Shown here: positions 1 to 9,361 of the stretch, in pieces
Numbering within the stretch: position 1 is the first letter of the stretch
Layout of the letters: the number at the start of each line of letters is the position of its first letter
Origin: Fibrobacterota bacterium
GTDB taxonomy: Bacteria; Fibrobacterota; Fibrobacteria; UBA11236
Assembly: GCA_043753995.1 (NCBI GenBank)
Contig: JAYUVP010000090.1
Coordinates: 1-16,620 of the forward strand
Direction: 5' to 3'
Length of the DNA stretch: 16,620 nt
Notes under the pieces: generated by a model
Told to the model about the DNA's origin: nothing
Seen by the model: the letters and a program-made list of their open reading frames with translations, nothing else
Databases searched by the model: none
Program-made: the position numbers and the translations under genes

Positions 1-1
1 C

Positions 2-430
2 AGCTTCGGCGCCATGTTCTCGTATGTGCTTTCCTTGGAATATCCGGAAAAAATCCGGGCCGTGGCCACCTATGCTCCCGCCAACTATAATATGACTCAA
101 CCAACCAACAGGCATATCCCGATTGCCTATTACCAGACAACCGGTACCGGCGATCCTACCTGCCCATGGGTCTTTAATGACGCACAAAAAAGAGGTGGGA
201 AATACTGCCTCCTGCAGCATATGGAAGACAATGGGTGCACTTCCACTGCTACTGATATCAAGATTGCAACCAGTAGCACTCACGTCTCCACACAATTCAC
301 GGGATGCAAAGAAGGATATCCTGTGAAATTCGGTTCCTTTGTTGGCAACCATCAGGCTGTGCATTCGGATCCTGGGACGAACTTTAACTGGATCGAAAAA
401 GAAGCCTGGGAGTTTTTCAAGCAATTTTGA
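2..430 (+). CDS. Alpha/beta-hydrolase, PHB-depolymerase/feruloyl-esterase-like (5' truncated by window edge)
   Basis: The frame is open from position 2 (S-F-G-A-M-F-S, the tail of a GxSxG nucleophile elbow). It continues through IRAVA, GTGDPTC (candidate acid), GNH (candidate His) and a typical C-terminal EAWEFFKQF. Confidence 0.75.
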   Translation, partial: SFGAMFSYVLSLEYPEKIRAVATYAPANYNMTQPTNRHIPIAYYQTTGTGDPTCPWVFNDAQKRGGKYCLLQHMEDNGCTSTATDIKIATSSTHVSTQFTGCKEGYPVKFGSFVGNHQAVHSDPGTNFNWIEKEAWEFFKQF

Positions 431-435
431 ACAAG

Positions 436-465
436 TCGGCCGGCATGAGTGAGTGCCGGCCATAC
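436..465. repeat. Hairpin direct repeat, copy 1 (GGCCGGCA-N8-TGCCGGCC); probable terminator between convergent genes
   Basis: TCGGCCGGCATGAGTGAGTGCCGGCCATAC, with a perfect 8-bp stem. It starts 6 nt after the esterase stop and is 29/30 identical to 2266-2295. Confidence 0.85.
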
Positions 466-537
466 AGATCGACTTTCTTTGGATGGGCAAAATAGCCTTC
501 CGTTACCGACATCACATCTTATACTCTCGTGATTTTA

Positions 538-1881
538 CTACCGGCTCGTGATTTCCATCAGAGTCGGAAGTCGAGACGCCAGATAAAGTGGAATTTGGAA
601 AATTCCTTTGGCTTTGTTGTGGGAGAAATTCTTGGCACTCAGAACTACCCGGTGTGGAGGCAGGTACTTTTCCGCGAATACTTTCAGGCTTTTGGCCTGG
701 GTGACCCATCCAGATTTGACTTCCACTGGTAGGATGGCGCCATCCAACTCATACAGAAATTCCACCTCCGCCGTATTTTCCCGCCATGAAACCACATTGC
801 CTTTTCCAACTGCCGCCATCTCCTGAAGCACAAAATTCTCGGCCACATATCCTTTAAAAGATCCAAAGGAGAAATCCAATAGGACCTTGGGCGATAGCCC
901 ACCCATGGCCCCCAGCAAACCAACATCGATCAGGTACAGCTTGAAAACACTTTCCTCGGCATAGGCCGATAAGGGCATCCATGCCTTGTTGACAATGGGT
1001 AGCTTGAAAATAAGTCCCGCCGTTTTCAGCCAATCGATGGCCCCCGCCAGACGTGCATACCCCTGTACACCCGGTACCACACCTTTGAATCCGAATTTGG
1101 CTGAAGATCCATCTTGGGACTTGGCAAGTTGCTCGGGGACGCTGCGCATGACGCGCTCGATATGCATGGAATTGGTTTTGCCCGAGTGCTTGGCAATATC
1201 CGCAAGGTAGGCGGTCACGAGATCTTGTTGTTTTTTCCGAACCGCCTCGAATGCGGCGAAAAGATTCGCTCGTAATTCCGCATAAGCGACAACAGCTTCC
1301 GGAAGGCCCCCGACCACGAAATAGACTTTCAACATGTCCCATAGGTGGTCGTGAATCATCTCCGGGATGGGCGCGTCGAATTCATAACCTTCCAGGAAAC
1401 GGATCGATTTCTCGTCACCGATGCCGAGGAGAAATTCCTCAAAGGAAAGTGGATGAAGGGCCAGAAATTCCACCTTCCCCACCGGGAAAGCACTATCTGC
1501 GAGATGAAGACCAAGCAAAGAACCGGCTCCGCAGATCGAGAGTTCCGGCTTTTCCTCGGCGAAATATTTCAGCGAAGTCACCGCGCGGGACGCGCTTTGA
1601 ATCTCATCGAAAATCAGCAGGTCTCGATTGGGGTGGATGGGGGTATCGAGGTGAAAACTGATTTCCTGGAGCAGTCTTTCGGGTTTAAGGTCTCTTTCGA
1701 AAATCCCGGCCAGCCTAGGCTCCTCTTCGAAATTGAGATAGTGGACTTTATCATAAGCGGTCTTTCCAAATGCTTTCAGAGCATAGGTCTTTCCCACTTG
1801 GCGAGCCCCCGTTAGGATCAGGGGTTTTCGACCGCGCTTTGACTTCCAAGTGATGAGATCGGCAAGAATGCGACGTTCCAT
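538..1881 (-). CDS. ATP-binding protein, AAA+ (AAA_14) with C-terminal DUF4143 / PD-(D/E)xK-like domain
   Basis: Walker A GARQVGKT, Walker B LLIFDEIQ, and family motifs YFVVGGLPEAV, KLYLIDVGLL, AENFV and EVEF...PVEVKSG. Start placed at ATG 1881 (MERRIL, GGAG upstream) rather than GTG 1902. Confidence 0.9.
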   Translation of the reverse strand: MERRILADLITWKSKRGRKPLILTGARQVGKTYALKAFGKTAYDKVHYLNFEEEPRLAGIFERDLKPERLLQEISFHLDTPIHPNRDLLIFDEIQSASRAVTSLKYFAEEKPELSICGAGSLLGLHLADSAFPVGKVEFLALHPLSFEEFLLGIGDEKSIRFLEGYEFDAPIPEMIHDHLWDMLKVYFVVGGLPEAVVAYAELRANLFAAFEAVRKKQQDLVTAYLADIAKHSGKTNSMHIERVMRSVPEQLAKSQDGSSAKFGFKGVVPGVQGYARLAGAIDWLKTAGLIFKLPIVNKAWMPLSAYAEESVFKLYLIDVGLLGAMGGLSPKVLLDFSFGSFKGYVAENFVLQEMAAVGKGNVVSWRENTAEVEFLYELDGAILPVEVKSGWVTQAKSLKVFAEKYLPPHRVVLSAKNFSHNKAKGIFQIPLYLASRLPTLMEITSR

Positions 1882-1933
1882 CAGGCTCACTCTCCAGGCC
1901 ACATGCTACTATTTTTTAACATAATAGTCAATT

Positions 1934-1945
1934 AGTCATATGACT
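1934..1945. promoter_or_regulatory. Perfect 12-bp palindrome AGTCATATGACT, possible operator
   Basis: Lies in an AT-rich tract about 50 bp upstream of the ATPase start. An extra TAGTCA half-site sits at 1925-1930. Confidence 0.3.
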
Positions 1946-2155
1946 TTTTATACATATCGACATTAAAGTACATCACATGAGGAGTAAACGGCAATCCCAC
2001 GTCAATTGGGTTGGTCGCTCGCTTTGGGTATGCTGAAGGGAGACTCGATTGGACCAAGAGTTATAAAAACTTGATTTAAGCAGGAAAGGAATAGGATGTC
2101 ACTCTAGGGCTCCGGCGCGAATAAAATTTTGCCAACACCAAGGGCGGAATGCGGC

Positions 2156-2232
2156 CAGCTGACAAGGCACGAGGCGCGTCGCATACCTCGGGAGTAAGTA
2201 AGCACCGAGTAACGCCGCCAGGTGAAACCTGG
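2156..2232. repeat. Structured intergenic element, possibly a REP/MITE-like remnant
   Basis: GC-rich imperfect inverted repeat (CAAGGCACGAG...GCATAC...GTAAGT...GAGTAACGCCGC) ending in the hairpin CCAGGT-GAA-ACCTGG. Only one copy is present in the window. Confidence 0.35.
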
Positions 2233-2265
2233 GAATGTCTCGAGCGCTTTGTGCTTTTGATAGTT

Positions 2266-2295
2266 TCGGCCGGCATGAGGGAGTGCCGGCCATAC
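2266..2295. repeat. Hairpin direct repeat, copy 2
   Basis: TCGGCCGGCATGAGGGAGTGCCGGCCATAC. One loop mismatch versus 436-465. It lies about 95 bp downstream of the stop of the large lipoprotein gene. Confidence 0.85.
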
Positions 2296-2388
2296 GTTTT
2301 CTGGGGCTGAAATACACAATCTAACAGCCGCCTTACAAAATGGATCGATTAAACTCGCCGCCTGGGTGAAGTCACTGAAACACTGGCT

Positions 2389-5300
2389 TTAGAAGCCTGT
2401 TCCTTTACAAGACCCCGTTCCTCCATCATTAAAGATGGTGCCGCAATCGATTGTGACGGATTTCTCTACCGTTAGATTTCCCGTATTGTGAATTTGAGTT
2501 GAGGAACCAATGTTTGTGTTGCCATTTCCACTGATGGTAAGATTTCCCTTAAAGGATACCACAGAAGTCGAAGAGGATGTTATTTCGATAGGATAATAGC
2601 TGCCAACTGGATTATTACCGGTAATTTTTCCACCATCCCAGTCGATTTTTCCGTCAATACTTAATACAGCATTATCGGTACCATCAACATCAATAAGTTC
2701 ACAACCGACAAAATTGACATTTAAGGCAGATATTATGCTAATGGGGCCCATAAAGCGAATAGTTCTGAATTTCAAATAATTTGTAAAAGTGGTCAAACCT
2801 TTAATAGTCAACCCATCAAAGACGCAGCTATCGTTTCGAAAAAGGGACACTTGTCCAAGCGTTGTGGAAAAGTTGACCCGGCTATTCAAATCTGTAGGAT
2901 AAGCCGATGCGTTAAACCCTCCGTAAATGTTGAACCAGGATTGATCGGTGCTAATCAACTTAGCTGAATAATCTCCGGAAGCAATCCAAAGATCTTTCCC
3001 ATCGATTGCCGCTCCCTTGGTCAAGTTCACAAAATCAACCAAATCTCCTCTCGCATTTTCCCAACTTGAGCCATCTTTTGAGCCCTGACCTGTGGTTGTG
3101 AAAAAGACGACATTCGATCGTCTCCAAATATGGCGGGTAAGCGTAGAGGGATTTCCCACAGCATCCGTGTTCGCAACCGAACAAGTATTCAAACCATTGT
3201 CGATCGCCAACCTGCACCCGAACTGCTTTGTTACACCATCCGATTTATAGGAGATGAAAAGGGTATCGACATTCGTGATATAACCTTCCCGCACAACCGT
3301 GGTGGTTCCAAACAATTGTACCTCGGTATACACCGGCCCCGTCCTATCCAATTGAATGGTGAAATGCCCTTCGGCTCCCCAACGCCCCATTTCATCTTGC
3401 TCGGAGACATGGATGGCATAAGTCCCGTCGAGATCAGTTGTATCTAAACTCCAGGCGGTTTGCGTTCCGCCCGTTTGCGGATGGGTTCGATAGGCGCTCT
3501 CCGTATTGATTCGCACACGGTATTTGCCATTACCACCGCCACCTGAGGTCCAGGTGAATCTTGGATTATTGGTCAAACCATTATTGGCCACATTCGCTGC
3601 GCTCTTCACATTGGGGATGGCCGGTGGATTCACCTTCACCCGATAACTAAAAGATTTCGCAGGCCCAGTAACGCCCTCTACTTGATCTTTTTCTTTCACC
3701 GTCAAAGTGTGCATGGCATTGTCGGATAGAGCGGTGGTTGGAGAGAAAGTGGTCGAAGCCCAATCGAATTCGACTCCGGCATCCAGCTTCAATACATAAA
3801 CTCCCGTGCCACCATTGGTCGAAGAGGGTGTCCAAGCCCAGGTAGGAGAGAGCGAGGTCGTATAGGACGAATCAATGCCTGTAAACCTCACCGCATCGGG
3901 AGCCCTGGTATCCACGGTTAGCGATTGGCTGGCTGAGGACGAGGCATTTCCTAATGCGTCGACCGAACGCACAAAGAGGGTGTGCCGACCCTCGGTCAAG
4001 GCTCCAGAGGTATAGGTTGTGACCGTCACGTCTAGGGTACCGGTGGGCTTGGCAAAACTGCTGTCATCGAGGCGTACCTGATATTTGGCGGCTCCGACGA
4101 TAGCGCCCCAGCTCCAAGTGGGGGTATTGTCGGCGGTGAAGGCTGGCTGAGCGGTCAGCACCGGAGTTCCTGGGGCGGTTTGGTCCAAGGTGATCACCAC
4201 TTGCGCTGAGCCCGTGCCTCCGGCATTGCTTCGCGAGACTCTGATGGTATTGGGGCCACCTGTCAAGGTGACCACCGAATCCTTCGCCTCATCCACAGCC
4301 TTGGTCGGGTCTTTCACCGTGAACTTGACGGTATAGCTTGCCGTATTCACGGTAATGGCTGAAGCTGGGTCGACGATTTTCACCGTGGGTGCCGCCGGAG
4401 CGGCGACGGTGACGGTGCGCGCAATATCGACAATATTGCCTTCGCTATCCTTGACCTGAAAGGCCACATCGAAAACCTTGACCTGGGAATAGGTCGCCCT
4501 GAAAGTGACCGAATCCATGGCGAGAAGGACTTGCTCATAGCTCCCATTGCCATCCATGTCCGCCTTGATTTCAGCGACCGTACCATACTGCTGGGTCACG
4601 GAAACCTTGAAGCTAGCCTCACCGCCATAGGCGATGGCCTGGTTCGGCGTCACCGAAACCCTGGGCGTATCCGTGACTACGGCCACACTACAGACCGAAG
4701 TCTTGGAAGAATCACCCACCACGGTGGCCGTGATTTGGGCGATTCCGGATTTTAGGCCCTGAACCGCACCGGAACTTTTCACCGAGGCGACGGTGGCATT
4801 GGAGCTGGTAAGGGTGTACTTAGCGCCGCTATCGTTGCCGACCAGAGTGACCGTCAATTGGCTATCTGCTCCACCACTATAGAGGCGCAGGGTTTTAGGA
4901 CTCAGGGTGATGGCATCGACCTTCACGGGCTTGACCACCTGCACTTCGAATTGCTTGGTGATGGAAGCCTTCACCTTGGAGGTGCCGGTGATGATGGCTT
5001 TCCCCAAAATTCCGGATTTGATTTTATTGTCGGGAGTCACCTGTGCGATATTCGTATCGGAGCTGGTCCAGGTCATACCCTGCCCGACGCCCGTGGGATA
5101 AACCGTCCAGAGGATGTCGCTCGTGGATCCGCTCGGGGCAAGAAAGACCGGGACCGGCATATTCACGGCGATGGATTCAGGCTCGGCACCAGCGCTAATG
5201 GTCACATCGAGAACAGCAAAAACGGTCAGCGCTATCGAGCTGGAGGCCGTAACCTTTACGTTTCCCGGCTTCAAGCCTTTGATTCTGTTTCCGAACTCCA

Positions 5301-6123
5301 GAATGGCCAAGTCGGAAGGAGGCAGGGTCCACACCACGGTTTGTCTGGCATCGTCGGGAAGCACGCTGGCATTGAGGGCGATGGAGGCATCGTCCACGGT
5401 CACGATCAGGGGGTTCGGATTGGCAATCACCACGCTTTGGGGGAAACTGGTGGGCGTTGGCAATACGGTGATGCGAAGAGAATCGGAAACATTCGAAGAC
5501 AATGCGCTTGTCGCCTTGAGGACAAATTCTCCCGGGGTGAGACCGGTGATTTTATTGCCCGAAATGATTTCAGCATGGGTGAGATTGGAGACACTCCAAA
5601 GAATGGCTTTGGAAGCCTTGGCATTGTCGAAATCAACTAATAAGGCCACGGTGTCCTTCACATAAAGCCACTTCGAGGCCGGGCTCAGGATGGTGACTTT
5701 TCCTGGGGCAACCTCCCCTGTGGGCGCTTCAGGTAGCAGGGCCAAGCTTTGCGGTTGCGGCGATCCGTTCACGACCTTATTGGTGAAAACCCAGGCCTCG
5801 TTCGTGGTTTTGGATTGCGCCGTAATTCTGACGACAAAGGGTTCGGGAGGCTTGGCGGTCAGAGCCAGCTTAGCCAGCTTGAGGCTATCGGCCCTGAAAT
5901 AGGGCGCGAAGAAAAGGTGTTTTTGCACCACGTTTCCACTCGTATCGAGCAAATCCACTTCAAGCGTGTCGTATTTGCCGGCTTCAACGGTCAAAGAATC
6001 ATTCACCGCCACACGCAAGAAAAAGACTTCCTCAGGATCACTCACATTGCAATTCCACAAGGCGAACGTGGACAAAGCCCCCAGGCAAAGGAGCCAAGCC
6101 CAAAAATGAATTTTCGATTTCAT
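2389..6123 (-). CDS. Large surface (lipo)protein with tandem Ig-like (Big_2-like and DTxAP-type) domains and a C-terminal beta-helix-like domain
   Basis: Signal peptide ending LWNC (lipobox-like). Repeated W[ST]SS/V..A...G.I.G..PG...[IV]TA units resemble Big_2. It also has DQTAP/DTRAP/DRTGP with PTW[SA]W modules, a GSKDGSSWENA motif and a G/N-rich tail. Start placed at 6123 (GGAG upstream). The alternative ATG 6150 overlaps the upstream stop. Confidence 0.85.
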   Translation of the reverse strand: MKSKIHFWAWLLCLGALSTFALWNCNVSDPEEVFFLRVAVNDSLTVEAGKYDTLEVDLLDTSGNVVQKHLFFAPYFRADSLKLAKLALTAKPPEPFVVRITAQSKTTNEAWVFTNKVVNGSPQPQSLALLPEAPTGEVAPGKVTILSPASKWLYVKDTVALLVDFDNAKASKAILWSVSNLTHAEIISGNKITGLTPGEFVLKATSALSSNVSDSLRITVLPTPTSFPQSVVIANPNPLIVTVDDASIALNASVLPDDARQTVVWTLPPSDLAILEFGNRIKGLKPGNVKVTASSSIALTVFAVLDVTISAGAEPESIAVNMPVPVFLAPSGSTSDILWTVYPTGVGQGMTWTSSDTNIAQVTPDNKIKSGILGKAIITGTSKVKASITKQFEVQVVKPVKVDAITLSPKTLRLYSGGADSQLTVTLVGNDSGAKYTLTSSNATVASVKSSGAVQGLKSGIAQITATVVGDSSKTSVCSVAVVTDTPRVSVTPNQAIAYGGEASFKVSVTQQYGTVAEIKADMDGNGSYEQVLLAMDSVTFRATYSQVKVFDVAFQVKDSEGNIVDIARTVTVAAPAAPTVKIVDPASAITVNTASYTVKFTVKDPTKAVDEAKDSVVTLTGGPNTIRVSRSNAGGTGSAQVVITLDQTAPGTPVLTAQPAFTADNTPTWSWGAIVGAAKYQVRLDDSSFAKPTGTLDVTVTTYTSGALTEGRHTLFVRSVDALGNASSSASQSLTVDTRAPDAVRFTGIDSSYTTSLSPTWAWTPSSTNGGTGVYVLKLDAGVEFDWASTTFSPTTALSDNAMHTLTVKEKDQVEGVTGPAKSFSYRVKVNPPAIPNVKSAANVANNGLTNNPRFTWTSGGGGNGKYRVRINTESAYRTHPQTGGTQTAWSLDTTDLDGTYAIHVSEQDEMGRWGAEGHFTIQLDRTGPVYTEVQLFGTTTVVREGYITNVDTLFISYKSDGVTKQFGCRLAIDNGLNTCSVANTDAVGNPSTLTRHIWRRSNVVFFTTTGQGSKDGSSWENARGDLVDFVNLTKGAAIDGKDLWIASGDYSAKLISTDQSWFNIYGGFNASAYPTDLNSRVNFSTTLGQVSLFRNDSCVFDGLTIKGLTTFTNYLKFRTIRFMGPISIISALNVNFVGCELIDVDGTDNAVLSIDGKIDWDGGKITGNNPVGSYYPIEITSSSTSVVSFKGNLTISGNGNTNIGSSTQIHNTGNLTVEKSVTIDCGTIFNDGGTGSCKGTGF

Positions 6124-6146
6124 CGCGCTGCTCCAGCCTTTGCCCA

Positions 6147-6827
6147 TCATGGCTTAGGGGTGCCATCAAGAAGTGTTTCTTTTTTTCCGACAGACTCATT
6201 AGACGACATGACATAGAGCCCTATGCCTCCTCCCACCACCACAGCACCCAAGACCCAAGGCCAAATCGCCATTCCTTTTCTCTCGTCATTCAAACTTTGC
6301 CGGGGAGTATTGCGAATAGGAGTCTTGGTTTTGTCGGAAGCTTCGTCTGATTTTTTTTGATTTGCCAAAGCGGCCATGGCTCCCCCCTCGTCGCTGGATG
6401 CATTGCCGCCTTGTTTCGGATGACCGAGTTCATCGACGGCATTGGCGCTTCTCTGCTCCTTCAGAAATCGCTCTTGGGTTTTTTCAAACAAATTGTTGAC
6501 GGTGGACGACACATACAATTCGGTCAAAGTCACCTTGGGGGAAAGGTCGAATAGCCGAAAGAAGTAAGCCTCGGCCTGCGGTGCGCCATCGGGTCTGCTG
6601 GCATAGACCACGCCTAAATATTTGTAAGCCAGAATTCGTTCGTCGCGTGTTGCGGTGGCGTCGGAGCGCTTGAGAAAGGTTTCGAGTTGGGTGCGGACTT
6701 TGTCGAACTCGCCGTCTTTGTAAAGCTGCTTGATGCCTTGGGGCGATATGCTAGGAGCAGCGCCTTGGACGTAACCTAGAGTTAGTACCGCGAAAATCAG
6801 GGAGAGAAACCAGGGTGAAACTTTCAT
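6147..6827 (-). CDS. Hypothetical exported protein: helical TPR-like N-terminal domain, low-complexity linker, C-terminal TM segment
   Basis: Signal peptide MKVSPWFLSLIFAVLTLGYVQG, TPR-like AYKYLGVVYA...AEAYF, and TM IWPWVLGAVVVGGGIGLYVM. Co-oriented with and adjacent to the Ig-repeat gene. Start inferred at 6827. Confidence 0.75.
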   Translation of the reverse strand: MKVSPWFLSLIFAVLTLGYVQGAAPSISPQGIKQLYKDGEFDKVRTQLETFLKRSDATATRDERILAYKYLGVVYASRPDGAPQAEAYFFRLFDLSPKVTLTELYVSSTVNNLFEKTQERFLKEQRSANAVDELGHPKQGGNASSDEGGAMAALANQKKSDEASDKTKTPIRNTPRQSLNDERKGMAIWPWVLGAVVVGGGIGLYVMSSNESVGKKETLLDGTPKP

Positions 6828-7219
6828 AGGTATTAAACATGTCCTGAATGGCGGGAGTTTGTCCACATCGCCAAAAGGTAGAACGCACAATCAACCTACG
6901 ATGTGACGGCGGTCAACAAATTTGGAAAGTGTTTCAAGAACTGAAGGTTTTTCAGTCTGTTTTTCTAGCCCAATCTTGCTTGTCATTCCTTCGGCGGAAA
7001 TTCATTTCCACTTCACCCCGTCCTCTTACTCCGCCCATCGAGGCACGCCTTAGCCCAATCGTGTGATCGCGCGCACATACTCGTATTTAAATACCGTTTA
7101 AATTTCTCTCCACGCTCTCATGAGTCAAACCTAGGCTCAGCGGAATTTCACTCGGTGGAATCCGCCTAAAGAAACCCAAAACCTGGGTGCTTGCCTTTTT
7201 CCTTTTGGAGAAAACAGCC

Positions 7220-9361
7220 ATGGGCAAACCCGCCGCCAGACTCACCGACACCACCGCGCACGGAGGCTCCATCGTGGGGCCGGGATGCCCCATGGTGATG
7301 ATTGGCAAAATGCCCGCAGCGACCATGGGCGACATGCATGTATGCCCTATGTGCACAGGCCCGGTACCCCATGTCGGTGGCCCTATTTCGCTGGGTAGCA
7401 TGGGCGTTTTCATCGGCAAAAAGCCCGCAGCACGTATCTCGGATGTTTCGGTATGTGTCGGCCCTCCTTCGATGCCAGTGGTGGGGCATTTTCAAACCAT
7501 GATTGGCGAAGTGGGCGGCGCAGGAGGCGGAGGACAGGCGGCCATGGCGGCAACGGCACCGTCAGCGGTGTCGAATCCTGGATCGGTGACGCCGATGGAG
7601 GTACCTGAATACGAGCAGGTGGTGACTGAAAACCATGAGATCACCGTGGAGGTTGTCGACTCAGCCGACTTGCCCTTGATGGTGCCTTATGAAATCAAAG
7701 ATCCGGCGGGGGCCATGCTTCGCGGCGTGTCGACGGTGCAAGGCAAGATTTTTCATGGGGGCTATGCCAAGGCAGGTGGGTATGAGGTGAGGTTGAAGGC
7801 CTTGACCCAATGCCGCATCAGCGCCTCTAAGGTCAAACCAGGCGACAAGTTGCAAATCGAGGTTTTAGCCGAAGGCTTCGGTCCCGAGGAAAGCATTTCT
7901 TTTGCTGTGCTTTGGATTACTTCGCTTGGCGAAAGGCTGCATGCGGTCTTGAGCGCCAAGGTTCAAGGCAATAAGGCCAAGGTCGACTATGTCTTGCCAC
8001 TCGATTGCGGTGACGGCGAGCCCGGTGGCGGTGACTCCAACGGTAACACTAGTACTACCCAGAGCGCCTATCAGGTTTCGGGACTTTGGGTCATGGCACG
8101 TTCGGGCCAATGGATTGCCGTTTCGACGGTTTCAAGCATAACCGCTGAAGTGAAAGCGGAGTTGTATTGCGGCAAAAAAGCCGTAGCGGACGCAGGCGTC
8201 AAATTGATTTTGATAAATGGAGCCATCCAGGAATGCAAAAGCGACAGCCAAGGCACGATTCAATTCAAGGATTTACCAGCGGGATGCTTTCGCCTCGAAG
8301 TTTCGCAACAAGGTGAGGTCCTTTATAATGGCATCATGCCATCCGGTACATCGAAGCCCGTGCGTCTCACCTTGCATAGGCAACTCACCATCAAGGCCGT
8401 CGCTGAAAAGCTGGTTGAAATTGAAGGTAGGGACGGATTTGCCGCCGCCCGTGATGCGGGAACATGGCTGGATTATAAACAGTTGAATGGCATCGCCAAA
8501 TTGAAGCATGCCACCCAAGACCCCAACTTGATGCCATCACGATTCATGATTTTACAAAGCGCCACGGATTCTACTTTACAGGCGAAAGGGAATCTGAATG
8601 ATTGGCCGCTCAAGCTACATGATGCCGCGAAGCATAAGGTTTCTATTGAGAATTTGGTAGCGGGTCTCAAGCACTTGGAGTTTATCCCAGAGGCCGAAAA
8701 GCCTGATTTATCCAAAGGGTTGACGGGAGATATCCTGCCCGCCTTCATCCGGTTTCTGAGTCGCTCCAATGGCCAAGCGCCTAATCTGAAAGGCTGGAAG
8801 CATGCTGTGGCCGAAGGCGATCGATTGAGTGAAATCGCGGCGCGTTTTGGTGAGGCATCGTGGGAAACCGTCCTGGCGAAAAATGCGGCCGACTTGAAAG
8901 ACGATCCCGATCGAATGAAACCTGGCATGACCTTGAGCATGCCTGAGCGAGAGCATCCATGGCTTAAGTGGTTTGAAGAAGAAGGCTATGACCCGGTCTT
9001 TCTCGGAGGCGGCGCTTACCAATATCCCTGGCAATATATCAGCCTCACCTTGGTGGACAATGAGGGCAAGGATTTGGAGGACAAGGAATTTCCAATGGAT
9101 GTGACCTTGCTCACACAGTCAAGTGAAGCCAAGTCCACCGGAAAACTCATTGCCAAGCTGACCTTGAAAAAAGCCAATGAGCTTTTCTTCATGAGCCCGC
9201 GTTATGCGTCTATCGAAGTGCGCACGCCGAAGGCGATTTATGTCTATACGCCGCCATCGAATGCGGCAAAAAAATCCGCAGATTCGTCCATAGGACAGGC
9301 GACCGACCCGGGAGGAATGAACCCCGATGAATTTCAAAACTCAAAGGTGACCTTGGTATGA
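7220..9361 (+). CDS. PAAR-domain protein with long C-terminal extension including a LysM domain
   Basis: Three PAAR motifs (KPAAR, MPAAT, KPAAR) with His/Cys metal ligands, GGAG RBS at 7207-7210, and a Gly/Ala linker. Beta-sandwich-like segment KSDSQGTIQFKDLPAG. LysM-like HAVAEGDRLSEIAARFG...W...N...PDRMKPGMTLSMP at about 8801-8944. Confidence 0.9.
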   Translation: MGKPAARLTDTTAHGGSIVGPGCPMVMIGKMPAATMGDMHVCPMCTGPVPHVGGPISLGSMGVFIGKKPAARISDVSVCVGPPSMPVVGHFQTMIGEVGGAGGGGQAAMAATAPSAVSNPGSVTPMEVPEYEQVVTENHEITVEVVDSADLPLMVPYEIKDPAGAMLRGVSTVQGKIFHGGYAKAGGYEVRLKALTQCRISASKVKPGDKLQIEVLAEGFGPEESISFAVLWITSLGERLHAVLSAKVQGNKAKVDYVLPLDCGDGEPGGGDSNGNTSTTQSAYQVSGLWVMARSGQWIAVSTVSSITAEVKAELYCGKKAVADAGVKLILINGAIQECKSDSQGTIQFKDLPAGCFRLEVSQQGEVLYNGIMPSGTSKPVRLTLHRQLTIKAVAEKLVEIEGRDGFAAARDAGTWLDYKQLNGIAKLKHATQDPNLMPSRFMILQSATDSTLQAKGNLNDWPLKLHDAAKHKVSIENLVAGLKHLEFIPEAEKPDLSKGLTGDILPAFIRFLSRSNGQAPNLKGWKHAVAEGDRLSEIAARFGEASWETVLAKNAADLKDDPDRMKPGMTLSMPEREHPWLKWFEEEGYDPVFLGGGAYQYPWQYISLTLVDNEGKDLEDKEFPMDVTLLTQSSEAKSTGKLIAKLTLKKANELFFMSPRYASIEVRTPKAIYVYTPPSNAAKKSADSSIGQATDPGGMNPDEFQNSKVTLV

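Noticed and set aside
438..447. GGCCGGCATG matches the start of the HDV genomic ribozyme
   Set aside because: The rest is a simple hairpin with no nested double pseudoknot, so the match is coincidental.
2319..2477. ATCTAAC...GTTAGAT pair resembling integron attC core sites
   Set aside because: The right half lies inside the lipoprotein CDS, there is no internal L-box pairing, and no integrase or second site is present.
4858..5665. Long + strand ORFs (260 and 183 aa) and other ORFs overlapping the main genes
   Set aside because: They are antisense or alternate-frame shadows of well-supported CDSs, with no recognisable motifs.
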